From Podarcis tiliguerta (taxonomy: Eukaryota), in assembly GCA_965153285.1 (NCBI GenBank), contig OZ229115.1: 64,000 bases of DNA; one strand, written 5' to 3'. Each line of letters starts with the position of its first letter. Position 1 is the first letter of the stretch. The notes beneath the pieces are model-generated. The model was not told where the DNA came from, ran no database searches, and saw nothing but the letters and a program-made list of their open reading frames with translations. A program made the position numbers and the translations under genes. Shown here one piece after another: positions 22,756 to 36,865 of this stretch.

Positions 22756-25700
22756 TAACATATTTAGTCCTGCTATGACTAATGGTCATGAATGGTGTTT
22801 AAACTATTTCTGGAAGCTAAAGTTGTGTACCTTTGGCCAAACTTGCTGGATTACAGATGAGTGCAAATAATATTTTATGTATCTGCTCCTTTCTTGGCAG
22901 CTTTGTAAGTTTGAAGACACCTTCAGCAAGTTGAGCATTGGTCTGAAGGATGCACAGTTCCAAGGACGAACTCATGGTTTGCATGCCCAGGTTTCAATCC
23001 CTCACTGTTTAAGTAGAGAAGTATCTCTAATGTGCTGGATTCCTCCTCTAAATTTAGGGTGTGACAGTGGAGACAGAAGCAGTACTAAAAACAATTAGGC
23101 ACGTTTAACTGTAAAAGTGCAGTGTGAGTTTGGCTTTTCTTTGTGGACACTGCTCTTTACCAATGTTGCTAAACCTTTAGTACACATTACTAAACCTGTT
23201 ACATTTAATATAATATTGTTAGGTAATTAGTAGTAAAAGTGGGACATGCAACAAAATGCGTCAGTGTATTCTTAAAGAAGCACTCCTATTCTGGGTCAAA
23301 GCTAAAATGAACAGGTCTTTAATCAGTATAAGTATAGCCAGTTGCGAACATACCTTTGTATAAATTACTAAAGATAACTGTACACACCCATAGCTACTGT
23401 TATATTTCCACCCATGTAAGCAATTCTTTGGATATATAACATTTTTCAGAAATATAATTTTATTCACAGGCGACAAAAATGCATCAAGCATTCCATCTAC
23501 TTTCCCATTGCATCCCCACGTTGAATTAAAAATGGGTACGTTTGTATTTTTTAAATAGTCATTTTGCAAGGTGTGTTTGAGGAAAAGTTGAGCACATGCC
23601 TATGGAGAAGACTGGACGGTGTCTTTATTAGAACTGGGATGTGAAGAAAATTGGACTGAAACTGTGTTTTGATTTTAATCCCAATTTTTCCAGCTCTGAA
23701 AAGAAACCTAAGTATAACTCTTCTGAACAGATTATACAGTAGGTTTAAATATTGGTTCAGAACATATTTTGGCAAAGGCCCACGCTAGCAAATTATCAGC
23801 CATACAATTTATCACATTTTGTCTTCTCTGACAGAAGGCAGTTGCTGCTACCTTCCAGCAGGAACTATATTGCCTATATGTCGATATTTGGGGTTTACTT
23901 CCCCAAAGTAATCCTCCTAGTGAGCAAACTGCAAAAATACTGGTAGAGGAGAAAACAATATTAGGCCATTTGAATGTATGGGAAACAGAGGTAATAAATT
24001 ATTTTGGGTCACGATGGGGGTGTTAGAACATGGGAACACAAGACAAACCTCCTGGATCAGACCAATGACTCACCTAGTCCAGAATTCAGTTCCCACAGTG
24101 GCCAGTCAGATGCCTGCAGAAGCCTGCAAGCAGGACATGAGCACAGCAACTGGGATTAAATTGTAAACTGGAATTAAAATACTTTTAGTGTAATCAGTTT
24201 TGCTGGGAATCTTCTACATTAAAGTGTGTGTGTATATGTGTGTGTGCATGTATATACAAGCACACACAAATAGATACACAGGCAGCGACTGGTTTACGTG
24301 CGTCCGATTGATGTGTGACCACGCACGCATCGTGGCAACCCAGGCGGGCTTATGCATGCTCTGCCATCTGACCCAGACGTAGCCCCTGCGGAAATCAGGG
24401 GTTGCTTGTATATCACAAAATAGAATTCAAAAATTTATGTGCAGGTGGCACAGCCTAAGATTTTAACACTCCAAAGAGACACTGAAGCAGATTTTTTTTT
24501 TTAAGCCTCTTTGCACAATAAACGTATATCATTCATTTGGTATTCAGGGCAGCTGAAACAAAGCATTTATCACAGTTCAAAGTGAGGGTAGGGGAGGTTT
24601 AAGTGAAAACCCCTTGTAATTTGCATCATTTTCCTAACACAGTTTTAGAGAGTAGGCGATTGTATCATATAATCAAAACCTAAGCTCGGAGAGGTGCATT
24701 TGCAAGTAAACATTCTCCATTGCAGTGCTATGATGGGGCGGAAAGGGAACACTGTCCCTTGCACAGTTCCCTGAGTTTCCTCCTCCTCCCCCACTGCCAC
24801 ATACGCCACATCGTAGTGCTGAGATGGGGTAGATGAGAAACACTGTCTCTGGGAAAGAATCTCAGTTTTCATGATTAAAAAACTTTAATCCCTTTTCTCA
24901 TGCTTTCATATGAAGAGGCTGTGGAAAAATGCATCATGCCTAAATAGGGTATGTGTGTCAAGGTGTGTCTTCCATGCGAATAACTTTACTTTCTCAGACT
25001 TTGTGTCCCTACCTGACTGTTGCCCCAGCTGTCTCTCTTGCATCATTTTTTTTTGTTCAATTGTGTTTTTTTAAAAAATAAAGTCAAATCTGACAGAATC
25101 CCAATTTAGCAACGAAACTTTCAGACCAAGCATACAACTGTATACACATCTAAATTTCCACAACGTGGTCCAAATACAGAATTTGAGACCATCTGGACTG
25201 GTATGGAATTGTAGAGGTTCTCAGTATTTCATTATACTGTGTGTGTTTTTTCAAATGAGTATGCTATTACTAAGATTTTTTAAAAATTGAAGGAACTCTG
25301 AAGAGCTTAGTTCACATTCCAATCCTTGTGGGTTAGTCAGCTATATCAATCTGCCTTAAAAACAACAACTTTGATGTACCGTTTTGTTCTTCAGCTATCT
25401 GAAGTCACAGGCTATCAAAATTGTGCATAAGCCTCCTTTAAAGCCGACTGTCACTGAAGTGGGAGTGTTCATTCATTCATCTCCTTGGGCCTTCATATAA
25501 AGGCATGAAATGCAAGACCCAGATAAGATTTGGGGGTGGGGAGGGGTTTTCTTGAAGAGTTGATGTAGTGCTTCAGCAGCTAGTTTGTCTTTGGTGCTGT
25601 CAAGTCAGACTCCTTTATTAAAAGAGAGGCTTTCACTTTCTGTCTGAGATTATGTCTGTCTTGTCCCCCCTCCCCATATTTCCCAAACCACACTTGCTGT

Positions 25701-27264
25701 GATGTTAGATTGGTACTTCCTAGCATACACACTGGAGCTTGTTCACCTTCATGCATGTCACTAGAGACCTTAAACCTGATGACTGGCAACTGAACACATG
25801 AACCAACTCAGCTGGAAAACATTGAGTTTATATCTGTGGCAATACATCTGTGATAAGATTATGCCTAGACACAAGCTGTCGCAAGGAATGAGCATGTAGG
25901 AACAAGCCTGAGGGTTTGTGGTTCCCTGACTAAGTCATAGAAACAATATAAAGCATGGTTTTAAAATTAACAATTTTTTAATTTTCTACAAGGTCTTCCA
26001 GAGTGCTTTACACATCAATATACAAAAAAAAAAAGATGACACAAGTTCAAAAAGAGAGGGCAAATGGCTATATAGCTCTCTATATAAATATACACATAAT
26101 ATACAAACACGCTCATGCTAGCATCGTATGCCATCATATATGGCAATGTGTATATACAGACAATAACAAACATGGTGTGTAAAGGCATTTAAATTGATAC
26201 TTCCTGTGGTTGATTTTGGACGTATTGATGGTACAAGCTGTAGGAATTTTGCATTTCTAAAAGTTGACTGAGCTGCGCTCAAACTTACAGCCCCAAGGAG
26301 GACAATTCTTTCCAGGTATGGATGGTTAATACTAATTCTAGTTCTGGAGGAGCTGAGCAGCAAAAGGGCTTACCACTATATGTGTTGCACCTTTTTCTCT
26401 AGGCCATAATGAATCTTCCCAAGATATTTAAGCCAGCTTTCATTCATACACTGTATTGAAGTAAGCCAAAGTAGCAAGTGGGAACTTCAAGAGTTCTGGA
26501 GTTCTACCCAACCAGAACACTGTAGTAACCAAAATTATTTCGGCAGAATCATCCTTAAGGGGATTGAAGGAAAAGGCACCTGGTGTGTTTGTAACATTTT
26601 TCCACATCCTCTGTGTTTCAGTGTACATTTCTCTCCTGAAAATATTAAGAACTTTCCTAAAAGCAGAACTACATATGTAGTCTAGACTATATGCTTGATA
26701 GTGTGCTCTGCAAGGTATTAAAATGCTAGCAATAAAATCCCATACGACAGGAATTTTTTCCTACCTCCCTTGACAAGTTATTAATTGATAACTATGCCTT
26801 CTCAGAAAAAAAGGAAAAAAACCAGCCTGAAAATTAACCTGGGCAATTCCAGCAAGCTGTAGTTGTTAAACAGTTGGGATAATTTCTGTATCTTGCTCTT
26901 TCTAGAAGCATCCATCAAGATCCATCAAGCAGCAAGTTACATCTTAACCTCCTAGTGGCTTCAATTAAGGTTTGTTCCTGTGCCAATCAAGATTTAGTCC
27001 TGTGTCACTGTTTCCCATCTGTCAGTAGGACTATAGTTCTTACTGAGAGCATAGGTGCTTTTAGGTGGAAAAGCAAGAGATGTGAGTTTGCTTTCATGAT
27101 TTCTATATGTAAGTTGTAAAGAAGGCGAGAGGATAATTGAAGGCTAAATTGCAGAACTGGAGCAGTGCAACTGGATTCTGGAATCTGTAAATGGTTGGGC
27201 TTTAGCTGCAGTTGCCCTTTGTCGGGCTTGGCTTAGAGGGCAAGAAGACTTTTTTATGTTGGGG

Positions 27265-27520
27265 ATTTCTGGCTTATGGTGAATATATCTGGGCCTTAAA
27301 TTTCTTCTCTTCAGTCTTTCACTGTACTCAAGTCTTCTTCCTTGCAATACCAGCAGTTTTTTTAAAAATGAGGGGGTGCTACAAGGTAGAATATTTCTGG
27401 CTTATGGTGAATATATCTGGGCCTTAAATTTCTTCTCTTCAGTCTTTCACTGTACTCAAGTCTTCTTCCTTGCAATACCAGCAGTTTTTTAAAAATGAGG
27501 GGGTGCTACAAGGTAGAATA
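27265..27520. repeat. Direct tandem duplication, 2 x ~128 bp
   Basis: Copies at 27265-27392 and 27393-27519 are identical except T7 versus T6. Confidence 0.95.
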
Positions 27521-28517
27521 TCTATCCATTATGTGCTCATTGGGATGAGTTTACATGAGTTCCAAAAGATTATGGAAACACACCAAATTCATTACACTGC
27601 ATTTTAGCTCATGTTTTGCATTTATGGGCTTCAGTGAGACCAGGAACAAGCAGCTCATTCTACCCTAAATGGTGAATCTAAAATGTGGCATGGTTTGGCT
27701 CTTGACATGGCACAACCTTGGTGAGATCTAATCCTGACTTTGTCACTGCCCTGGGATTCTCACTTCATTTTTAGGTGCCTTAGAAGTGAATTTTAGACAT
27801 CTGCAGCCTGGATAGGTGCATCATTGCTAAAAAAAGAGACCAGGATTAATGAAACTGAAGCATCCCAAGTTAAAGAATAGTATGTTACCTTCAGCTCCTC
27901 TTCTCCATTTGTAGAACAGAACTGATGGCACACCTCATTACAGAGAATGAAGAGGAAAGACTGCGGTGCAATTCATATGTTCAGCTGGTGTTGGGCTATC
28001 TACCCTGGCAGACATTGTCATGTCTATACAGCAGCTCAGTCACTGCCTTATTTGTCATCTGTTATCGTTCTAAGGCAAGGTTAATTGGGGATAGCACTCT
28101 GTTGCCTGCTTCACACAATTTATGAGGAGCAGGACCAGATGTATCCTGGGAAGCTGGGAAGCTGCATCATAGTTGGTTAGCTGTTTCTCGTTTTGCTACA
28201 TTTTAGTTTGCTGTTGTGTATCAGAAGATTTTAACTCAATGGTCCCCTGGTCGTCGTCCCCCCTTGAAGGACCCACACTACCTTACACACTGGTGTGGCA
28301 AGAGAGCAGAAGACAATGCTCCAGTAAGCTAGGATACATGGAGTTGGCAGCACCTTGCAGGCTCTCAAGGCCCTTTTCCCCCCAGAAGAAGCAATAAACT
28401 GTGCCACCCTTTCCCCAGAACAGCCATTGTCCAAAGCTGTTGGTGGCTACGGGTGGGCTCTTGCATAGGCTTTTCACAGAGCGAACGTGTACCGGGTCTG
28501 GGAGGCTGAACGACTGT

Positions 28518-29767
28518 TTATAAGTGAGACGTGAAGGCTGGTGCAGGCGGTGTAGAAAACAAGGCAATCCTAAGGCTGCTCCTTGCCGGGTCTCTGCTTT
28601 CCGATGCGATGAGCAACTCATCATCAGCAAGGTAGGACAGGTGAGTGGAGAAGCCACTGTCGTGTCCTCCGGCACCTGCCTTTTGCTGGTGTGGGATGAG
28701 AGTCACTGATGGGTAGCTGTAGGCATCTAGTACCGACGAGCACCTAGGAGGCACTCTGAAGATGTCTGGTGCCTCAAATATATGATCCATGTCAGAGAAA
28801 GCAACCAGGGCCTGGGTAGAGTCATACGAGCTCTTCTCTGTGTCCTCTGACACGTAGGACTGGGCGCAGCTCTCCCGGGCCTGGCTCTTCTGCCTCAGGA
28901 GCCGTAGGTCATCTCTGAAGTGTGGGTTAAACAGCAGGTAGAGCAGGGGGTTCAGGCAGGCTGGCAGAGGAAGCACCACCAGCAGCACAGACTTGATGAC
29001 TTCGGGGGTAATGAGGAAGAGGCTGAGCATGGAAGAGAAGGTCAGGAAGGCCACGGGGCAATAGAGAAGGCAGTTGGTGAAAATGAGCCAAGCCACATGC
29101 TTGATCATAGCACAGTCCCAGACAGAGTCAAACTCTCCTTTCAGCAGGTTGCAATAGAGGCGGATGTATGTTCCAGTGATAATGAGGAAGCAGAGGGTGT
29201 TGACCAGCACCAGGGCCACCATGAACCCCAGCATGGAAGGTTTCCCATCCAGGAGTGGGTAGGGTAGGCAGAGGGGGGATGCCCCGTACTCCCCAACAGA
29301 GAAGAGCGGCAGTGCGGCAGCCACTGAAGACAGCGCCAGGCAACTCAGCGCACCTGCCTTGACGGTGCCGAAAGAGGGCACCTTCCCATAGGTCCGCATG
29401 CATGACACCGAGAGACTGCACTGCACAGCAGCCAGGGTCAGCAGAAGGATGGAAGCCTCCGAAGCAAACACCGAGAGGAAGCCCGTCACCTGGCACCCTG
29501 CGCCCGTCTCCCACCGGGCCCCGTATTTCGCAAAGTGACCAAAGGTGATGGCGTCCACAAAGGCCAGGATGGCGCAGTACGTGCCCGTCAGCATGTTGGC
29601 TCCAGCAATGGCGCCAATGACAAACTTGACGGGGGACAGGTAGCCGGGCGAAGCAAAGACAACCGCCATGACCAGCCCATTGCACAGCATGGAGACCAGC
29701 GTGATCAGCCAGACACCCAGGCGGATGACCCAGCTCTCAAACAGGTGATCGCAAGGCTTGAAGGGGC
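28518..29767 (-). CDS. LGR6: LGR6 terminal exon (7TM domain and C-tail)
   Basis: CAG| acceptor, exon starts 29767. [17 protein letters not shown]...LTLAAVQC...[21 protein letters not shown]...[11 protein letters not shown]...FTSHL*. AVQC in place of the E/DRY motif and the C-tail fit LGR6 rather than LGR4/5. Confidence 0.96.
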
Positions 29768-29851
29768 CTGGAAGAAAAGAAGGAAGGAGCCACATTACAA
29801 ACTGGATGCTGCAGCCGAGCAGCTGGCACAAGGCACTGCTGAGTACAGGAT

Positions 29852-29985
29852 TGTGGCTCCGTAGTACAGCATCCGCTTTGCATGCAGAAGGTCCCAAGTT
29901 CAATCCCTGACGTCTCCTGTCAGTATATAAACTACTGAGCTAGGTGGACTATTGGTTTGACTCTGTATAAGGCAGCTTCTTATGA
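29852..29985 (+). mobile_element. tRNA-derived SINE (Squam3-like), internally deleted
   Basis: A/B-box head GTGGCTC...GCATGCAGAAGGTCCCAAGTTCAATCCC and tail ATAAGGCAGCTTC; a fuller copy lies at ~43805-43965. Confidence 0.7.
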
Positions 29986-30575
29986 CATTTGACCATTTTG
30001 CTCCACTTATATATGATGAAGCAACAGGCACTTACTGAACAAGCAAGCAGAGGCTGAGGGACATCATGGCTACAATTCAAGGAGGCTCAGTGCAGAAGGC
30101 AGGTCTTGTACATACAGCTCTACAGCTTTAAAACCAGTTGCCACAACCAGGGTTTTGGAGCAGAACGTTCACAGAACAAAATGCTTATTTTTCATTCTGA
30201 TTCCGCATATGGAGCTGGCGGGGGTGGGGCAAAGAGCTAGATGGGGCATGGAAGACTGCCCCAGGCTACAACAATCTTGCTCACCCCCTCCTGAGATTTC
30301 ACAAACACTGACATTCCCTTTCTTTGTGGCATTAAAGACTAGAAAAATAGCTTTTCAAAAAGGGGGATTACAAATTTACCGAATTATTCACCCACTCCCA
30401 ATTCCATGCTTGCATAATTCAGCCACAAAAGAACACAATTCTGAATGGAGCGGTGTATGTAACACTCATCTGTTGCCGCCACAGAAATAGTATTTGCTGG
30501 CTTCCCTTGCAACACGTCCAGCAACCATCCTTCTATTTAAAGATTTAAGCGTTGTGCTTCAAGACTACTTCTTAC

Positions 30576-30656
30576 CAGGGCTTGGGGTACACTGGATGTT
30601 GGGGTGCAGCTTTGAATCCTCAAGTTCCAGCTGGAAATCATCCATATCCAGGTCAT
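30576..30656 (-). CDS. LGR6: LGR6 hinge exon (human exon 17 equivalent)
   Basis: (Y)DLDMDDFQLELEDSKLHPNIQCTPSP(G); 81 nt; canonical AG/GT sites. Confidence 0.93.
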
Positions 30657-31017
30657 CTGGAAAGTCATACAGAAAGAAAGACCAACATCACAGGGGTGTT
30701 AATGCTTAGCTTTGCATTGTGAGCCAGACATGTACCTTGTTTTCATAAAGTGACGGCTGTTAAAATGGAAAGAGAGCCACCCTTGTTATACATTCCTATG
30801 TTTCTTAATCTCATAACTGGAACAATAAACCTCAGGAACATGATGGTTTATGACTTACACGACGAGGAGGGAAAAGGTGGGGTAAACAACAACAACAACA
30901 ACAACATCCTATTCAAAACCAAAAAGTCAGCCCTTAATTTTGAGCCTGCTCAATCAGGTAAATGGCCGATCAAGTCCAGCATCCTGTTCTCATGGTGGCC
31001 AACAAGATGTTGGGTAA

Positions 31018-31090
31018 AGGTTCCTGCATTGCAGGGGGTTGGACTAGATGACCCTCATGGTCCCTTCCAACTCTACAGTTCTGTGATTTT
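31018..31090 (+). mobile_element. CR1 3' end
   Basis: GGGGGTTGGACTAGATGACC...GGTCCCTTCCAACTCT...TTCTGTGATT; a weaker copy lies at ~61640-61720. Confidence 0.75.
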
Positions 31091-33287
31091 ATGTAGGAAA
31101 CCCACAAGCAGGACGCAAGCACAAGAACATTCTCACTCCGTTATACATAGGGTAGGGCAGAAACACAAGTTACACCCGGAGAAAACTGAATTTGACATAT
31201 TAAAAATGGGGGGGGGGGAATTCCACAAAGATTATCAAATGTTACTAAAGAATCCTTTTCAAGGAAGGCAGCTCTATTTGGAGAACTGAAACCAAGTATT
31301 TAACACACTGGTCTGGATGAGGTGTGAGGGTTTTTTGTTGTTTTTTAAAGTGAGGAATTAACTTTTTTGGTGGCTGCATGTTATAAAGGCAACTGTGTTG
31401 GACGGCCATGCAATGGCATCAGACACAGTCAAAGAGTAGAAGGGCAGGGCAGTACATGTTGGTTCTGTAAAGAGAGAAAACGGGAGTTCTAGCATATGTA
31501 GTGGAAATTCCCAAAAGCAGAACAGAACAAGTTTGGTCTATGGAGGCTGGTGTCATTAACAAACATTTCCCAAAGTTTCCTTTAACAGGTCTACTGAATT
31601 CTGTGAAGCATAGCGTTCCAGAAAAATGTCAGGCACAAATACTACATATACTTACTTTGGCCAGAATTTTATTTGCTAGACTTCTGAAGGAAAGCCAAAA
31701 GCCAGGTCGATTACGGTTATAGGAGCAATTAGCAGTTATTAAATTAACAGTGACAATGAAAAATCATGAGAACTCTAAAGAGGATTTGAGTAGTCCAAAC
31801 CCAGTGGTCCATCCCATTAAGAGACACAGAAATAAATATTTTTATATAGATAAATAAGTTTCAGGAATGGGAATTGATTGCACACTGTTACAGAATACAA
31901 ATTTGTAATGTGTTTTGCTCTTTTCTATTATAAGCCTCATGGGGTACTGTCGTTATATGTGATTTTATAATTTACTGTGGTTTCAGATTTCTTCTTCTTT
32001 TTTTTTTTTTTTTAAAAAAAGAATCTACCAAAATGGTTGTACTTTGCTGAGCATTAAAGGGAATTTTCCATAGCTGAAATACGAAAGTCTGTTATCTTAG
32101 CAAAAGCATAGGTATGCTGCCTCCTCTAACACTTCTAGGAGCCAACTGAAATGTCTGGGTTTTGCCTAGTGCCTGATATGAACTGTCCTGGACCCTGCAG
32201 TCATTATCTGAAGCCTTTCCTCATGTGTTTCCTACACGAGAGGTCCAGAGGATGGCAACACAAGAACAGGCCTTTTCTGGGGTGGCTCCCCATTTGTGAA
32301 ATGCTCTCCTCAGGGCAAAAACATTTCTCTTTAACCAGGCTGATTAATATTCTACGTCCTTTCAAATGTGTTTGTGGGAGGGGGTAATTGGTTGGTTTTT
32401 ATTCTTGTTTTTATTCTGTATTTTGTGTTCTCATTTTGTATTTCTATGTTGTGAACCACCCTGTGATCTTTGGATGAAGGGCTGAATACAAATTTTAATA
32501 ATAATAATCATCATCATCATCAAATAATATCTCCTAAGGCCACATCCCCTCCCTAGCCTTGCCCCTCACTGATCCTGCTTTGTAGCCTCCTTGGGTACTT
32601 TTGCCTGGCTGGAAAGTGCCCTTGCGCTCTGCTAATGTCTTTTGCTTGCCTGGATGAAAAAGTTCCCCCACTCCTGTGTAGTTGCTCTGTTGGCTATTAA
32701 GGTGCTTAGCTCTGTTTCGCAGATTTCTTTTTGTGTGTAACACAATCTCTTTCTTTAAATTCTCCAGGCCCTTGGATATGGATATTGAGCAGATCTATAT
32801 TATTAGTGCACCACTGCTGGAAACATTTACCAAAGGTAAATGTTTTAAATAGGGTTTTGAATGGGCAGCACTAGGCACTGAGAGAGAGCTCTGAAGGAAT
32901 GTCCTTTAATGGAGGCTTGCCACTTTCCCCGGCAAGAGAATCCTGTGTTTTCCAAAGATGCAGGAATTTGATAGAGACAGTTTACCTTGTAATGGGACAA
33001 AGTAATTGCCACGAACCCCACAATATGGTCAGGATCTGGCCCAGACTGGCAGGCTCTAATGCAGGAGGAAGAGGAAGAAAAAATGGCAAGGTGGGACTGA
33101 ATGGTGGGAACCTCAGTTAGAGGAAGGAGGATATCTTCACCCCAACTTGAGCTACTTCAGAAAGGGGAGTAGGGATACCCGCTCTCTTCCTGAACTTCCT
33201 GTGGAGCAGAGAGCCTCAGTGGAGATGGGAAGGGCTCTGAACAGCTGAGGGCTGGGGAGGCAGAACAGGAGGGGACAGTCTTGTCAC

Positions 33288-33734
33288 TGTTAGAATTCCT
33301 GCTCCATCATTGCAGTCATGGGATTTTTGTCTATCACATGACAGTGTATGTTTTGACTCCACAGAGTGGGAAGTGACGGAGACAGGATGCTTATGCTACT
33401 GTGTTACGTGAAGTGGGACTATTGTCCTTTGTTCTTTTTCTCTTTGCTGTCTGATGCTAATGAGAGAGGTAGCCATGTTGCAGTGCTCTCTGTGTGTTTA
33501 TATGTAAATAAAGTAGATTAGCCAAAATGCTGAATTGCTGAGGTCTGTTACGCAAGCTGCGAAGACACTCCGGATCCCTAAGTGTGCCAATGTCTGTTGG
33601 CATCAGTCGCTGTGATGTTCAGGCAGAAGAAAGCTTTTGAAGCTTCCGAACGATTGACCAGGAGGGAGGGAACATGCCAGTCGGGCATGTGTCTCTGCCA
33701 GGGTCCTACTCGAGAGTTGGACAAGCTCCTGACA
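33288..33734 (+). mobile_element. Solo LTR, 447 bp
   Basis: TG...CA ends (TGTTAGAA/TCCTGACA), perfect 5-bp TSD GTCAC, internal AATAAA near 33507. Confidence 0.8.
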
Positions 33735-34961
33735 GTCACATCAAACCAGGAGCCACCTCTGCCATCTTGACATTCCTGCAAGGCAACCTAGTCTTATGAC
33801 TGAGCATGCCATGCCTTGACTTGAAAAGCATGGCGTGTAGGGTGTGGCAACTTGTTGGGACATCTTTGTTGCTCCATCCTGTTCCAAACTTCTTGCCCTG
33901 CCCCTGAACTCCTGAGTTGTGACTCCTGAGCCCTGTGTCTGCTGCTGAGACTACACTGTTACTTGCCTGAATAAAGATCTCTTTCTTCCCTACAAGTAAG
34001 ATCCTCTGCATGTATGTTTTAGGGTGAGAGCCTGGACAGCAATGGAGAAAGCTGCCCCTGTAGAATTTCTGCTTGTAAAATAGCTGTTAAAGACAGAGAG
34101 CCTTTGTTGGGGGGGGGGGAATATGACAACAAATGTAGTATTAAGTATTTCTCTCTTCTGTAAGCTTTTTTCATGCCTTGAATAGTCACACACATGGACA
34201 GAATGGAATTTATGACGAATATTTCCCTAAGGAACTTTGGTTGAATGGCTGTGAGGTGTACAGCACATCACTGATGCCTCCTCATTGCAGAAAGCCCAGT
34301 TCCATCCCAGCTAAGCTAGGAATATGCTGGCACCTGTAAGAAGAAGACCTGTTGCCCAGCAGTCTAGACAGCTGAGTCTCTGCTGTGTATTTTACTGGAG
34401 GTGTCAAGAACATGATTTGGGAAAACTTCAAAAAAGTGCATATTCTTTCCCACAAACATCCTGCCATCCAAACAGCTGGTTGTACAAAGGAACCACACAG
34501 AGCTTCCATTGAACTTGCAGGGAAAACCCTACTCTCTGCACTGCTGGATGAAAGGCCAAGCCCAGGAGCATAACAGTATAAAAGGTATGCAGGGACCATT
34601 CCTTGTGGCAATTTGAACCCACTATGTGGATTCCACAGTAGAGTACCTCCTCTACTGTGACTGATGCAAAGCTTTTCCAGGAAGAGCCATGAGCAAAACA
34701 GTCCACTCAAGCATTGCCATCCCACCCCCCCCAGGAATCAGATTGTGGGTGACCAACCAACCAGCTATTCAAAATATACTTTGTAAGTAATGAAGCAACT
34801 TTCTCCAAGTTCTTCTCTTTGAAAGAGAAGGTGGCAGGAGGTAGGGTACAACCCTGAGAGTATCTTTGTGAGTTGTAGAAAATCTACCTTCCATGGATTT
34901 TTTTTTTTTCTGAAAGGGAAGAAATGCACACCCAGGATTCCCACAAAAAGGTAAATGCCCG

Positions 34962-35242
34962 TGGCGGGGTGCGCTCCCGTTGCTCGGTCCCAGCTCCTGC
35001 CAACCTAGCAGTTCAAAAGCACCCCCGGGGGCAAGTAGATAAATAGGGACCGCTTACTAGCGGGAAGGTAAACGGTGTTCCGTGTGTGGCTCTGGCTCGC
35101 CAGAGCAGCGATGTCACACTGGCCACGTGACCCGGAAGTGTCTCCGGACAGCGCTGGCCCCCGGCCTCTTGAGTGAGATGGGCGCACAACCCTAGAGTCT
35201 GTCAAGACTGGCCCGTACGGGCAGGGGTACCTTTACCTTTAC
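34962..35242 (+). mobile_element. Sauria SINE, 5'-truncated
   Basis: CCCAGCTCCTGCCAACCTAGCAGTTC core and ACCTTTACCTTT tail; CpG-rich, so probably young. Confidence 0.8.
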
Positions 35243-36011
35243 TTACTTATTAATGAACAGTAAACTTAAGCTTAAATATGAATTCTATTAAAAAACAGAC
35301 AGCATCAACCAGGCTGCGATGGTAACTGCAGACTGCAGGTGGTGGCCTGCCCCATACAAGCCTTACAAAATGTGAGAAGGGTATCCTTGACTCTTCCAGA
35401 ACTGAAGCAACAAGGCTGTTATAATATAGGCCAGGAGGCTGTCTCAGAAGGATCAAGAGATGACGAGTCTCCTCTCCCCATGGTAGACTGTGTCGAATGT
35501 ATTTCTCATTTCAACTGAAGTCTCCCGGTCTTGTCAGTGTGTGTGGGCCATGTGTTTATACAATCATGTCATGCAGCAAACAAACAATCCAAGCTGTGGT
35601 TTGGGAATCCGTGTATTTCCACCAATGCTTTCTGCATGTGACTTGCAGTCACAGAGAATTCCCCCTGCTAGGAAAGATTCAGCCAAGTGAGCAGCAGACC
35701 CCCTCAATGCAACAGCCACATCGATTAAGCTGGCCCAATTTGATCCCTACTGCACAGAATCCCCCCTGAAATACACCCCAGTCTTCCTTTCTGTTCCTTG
35801 CACTCAAGAAGCTGCAGTTGCCAGTTCAGAGTGATCAAAATATTAGGGTAACCAGGAAAGTGCACAGTTTGCTCCAACACAATGAGAGCACAGGCCTGCT
35901 TTCCTTCTTAGCGACTGCACTCCCCTCTGTCCCCCCCAGTTAACTTCTGATTTAACAAACTCAGGTTGCAAGCAGAAGCTAGACTGCGACCCAGAAATCG
36001 GTCTTACTCAC

Positions 36012-36172
36012 AGTGATTATCAGTGTGGCCTGTAAGCAGTCCCAAGGTCCTCTTGTGGCCATCCTCATCCTCAGGACTCATATCCTCAGAATCCCATTGA
36101 CTAGACATTTTGAAGAAATTGCTGCAGGCTCCATACGCACAGCACTGGTAGGCATAGGGCACTTCCAGGACC
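36012..36172 (-). CDS. LGR6: LGR6 exon 16 equivalent (LRRCT, YAYQCC)
   Basis: [53 protein letters not shown]; 161 nt; canonical sites. Confidence 0.95.
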
Positions 36173-36615
36173 CTGGGGAGAAGAATACAGAGCTACTAGT
36201 TACTTGAAGGAGCTTGGGAGGACTGTAATTCTGTGAGTGGGGCTAGGGATTCCTGGAAGAGACCTTTCACCACACTTTAATTATGAGTATTATATGGGAG
36301 AAGCCAATATAGTTACACAGGTATAGAACAAGCACATACACGATCCCAGATGTTTATTTAGGTGGTCTCCCAATATTTGTGCTCCTCTGGTATTTCCTTC
36401 TTCCTGCCCCATGTTCCTGTCTCTTCCTGCAAACACAAAGGTCTATCCATTTTTTTAAGGCTGCAACTATATCAGCTGTCTGCATCTTAATGGTTGATTT
36501 AATGACTAATACTCAGTGCCTTCTTTCCATAAACTTGGTAGAGCCTGAGTACAATACTGAGCACTCAAGAGTCTCTGATAAAGTTTCGAATCCAAGCAAT
36601 GTTGTGATCCATATA

Positions 36616-36865
36616 CAGTTGTGCCTCAGAAGTCGAATGCCTTGCGAGTTGAAAGTTTTGGCTCCCAAAGGCTGCAAACCTGGAAGTGAGTGTTGCATTT
36701 TGTGAATGTTCTTTGGAACCCAAATGTCCGACATGGGTTCTGCGGCTTCCGATTGGCTGCAGGAGCTTCCTGCGGCCAATTGGAAGCCTCACTTTGGTTT
36801 CTGAACGTTTTGGAAGTCAAATGGACTTCCGGAACGGATTCCGTTTGACTTCCAAGGTACGACTG
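36616..36865 (-). mobile_element. Tc1/mariner-type MITE, second family
   Basis: TA-CAGTTGTGCCTC...CCAAGGTACGACTG-TA; internal palindromic GATTGGCTGCAGGA..TCCTGCGGCCAAT. Confidence 0.75.

Noticed and set aside
29768-29903. N-terminal extension of the 461-aa ORF as a single-exon GPCR
   Set aside because: It is intronic read-through into an antisense SINE; the real exon starts at the CAG acceptor (29767).
29852-29920. tRNA gene
   Set aside because: The A/B boxes belong to a tRNA-derived SINE head with the SINE tail attached; no full cloverleaf.
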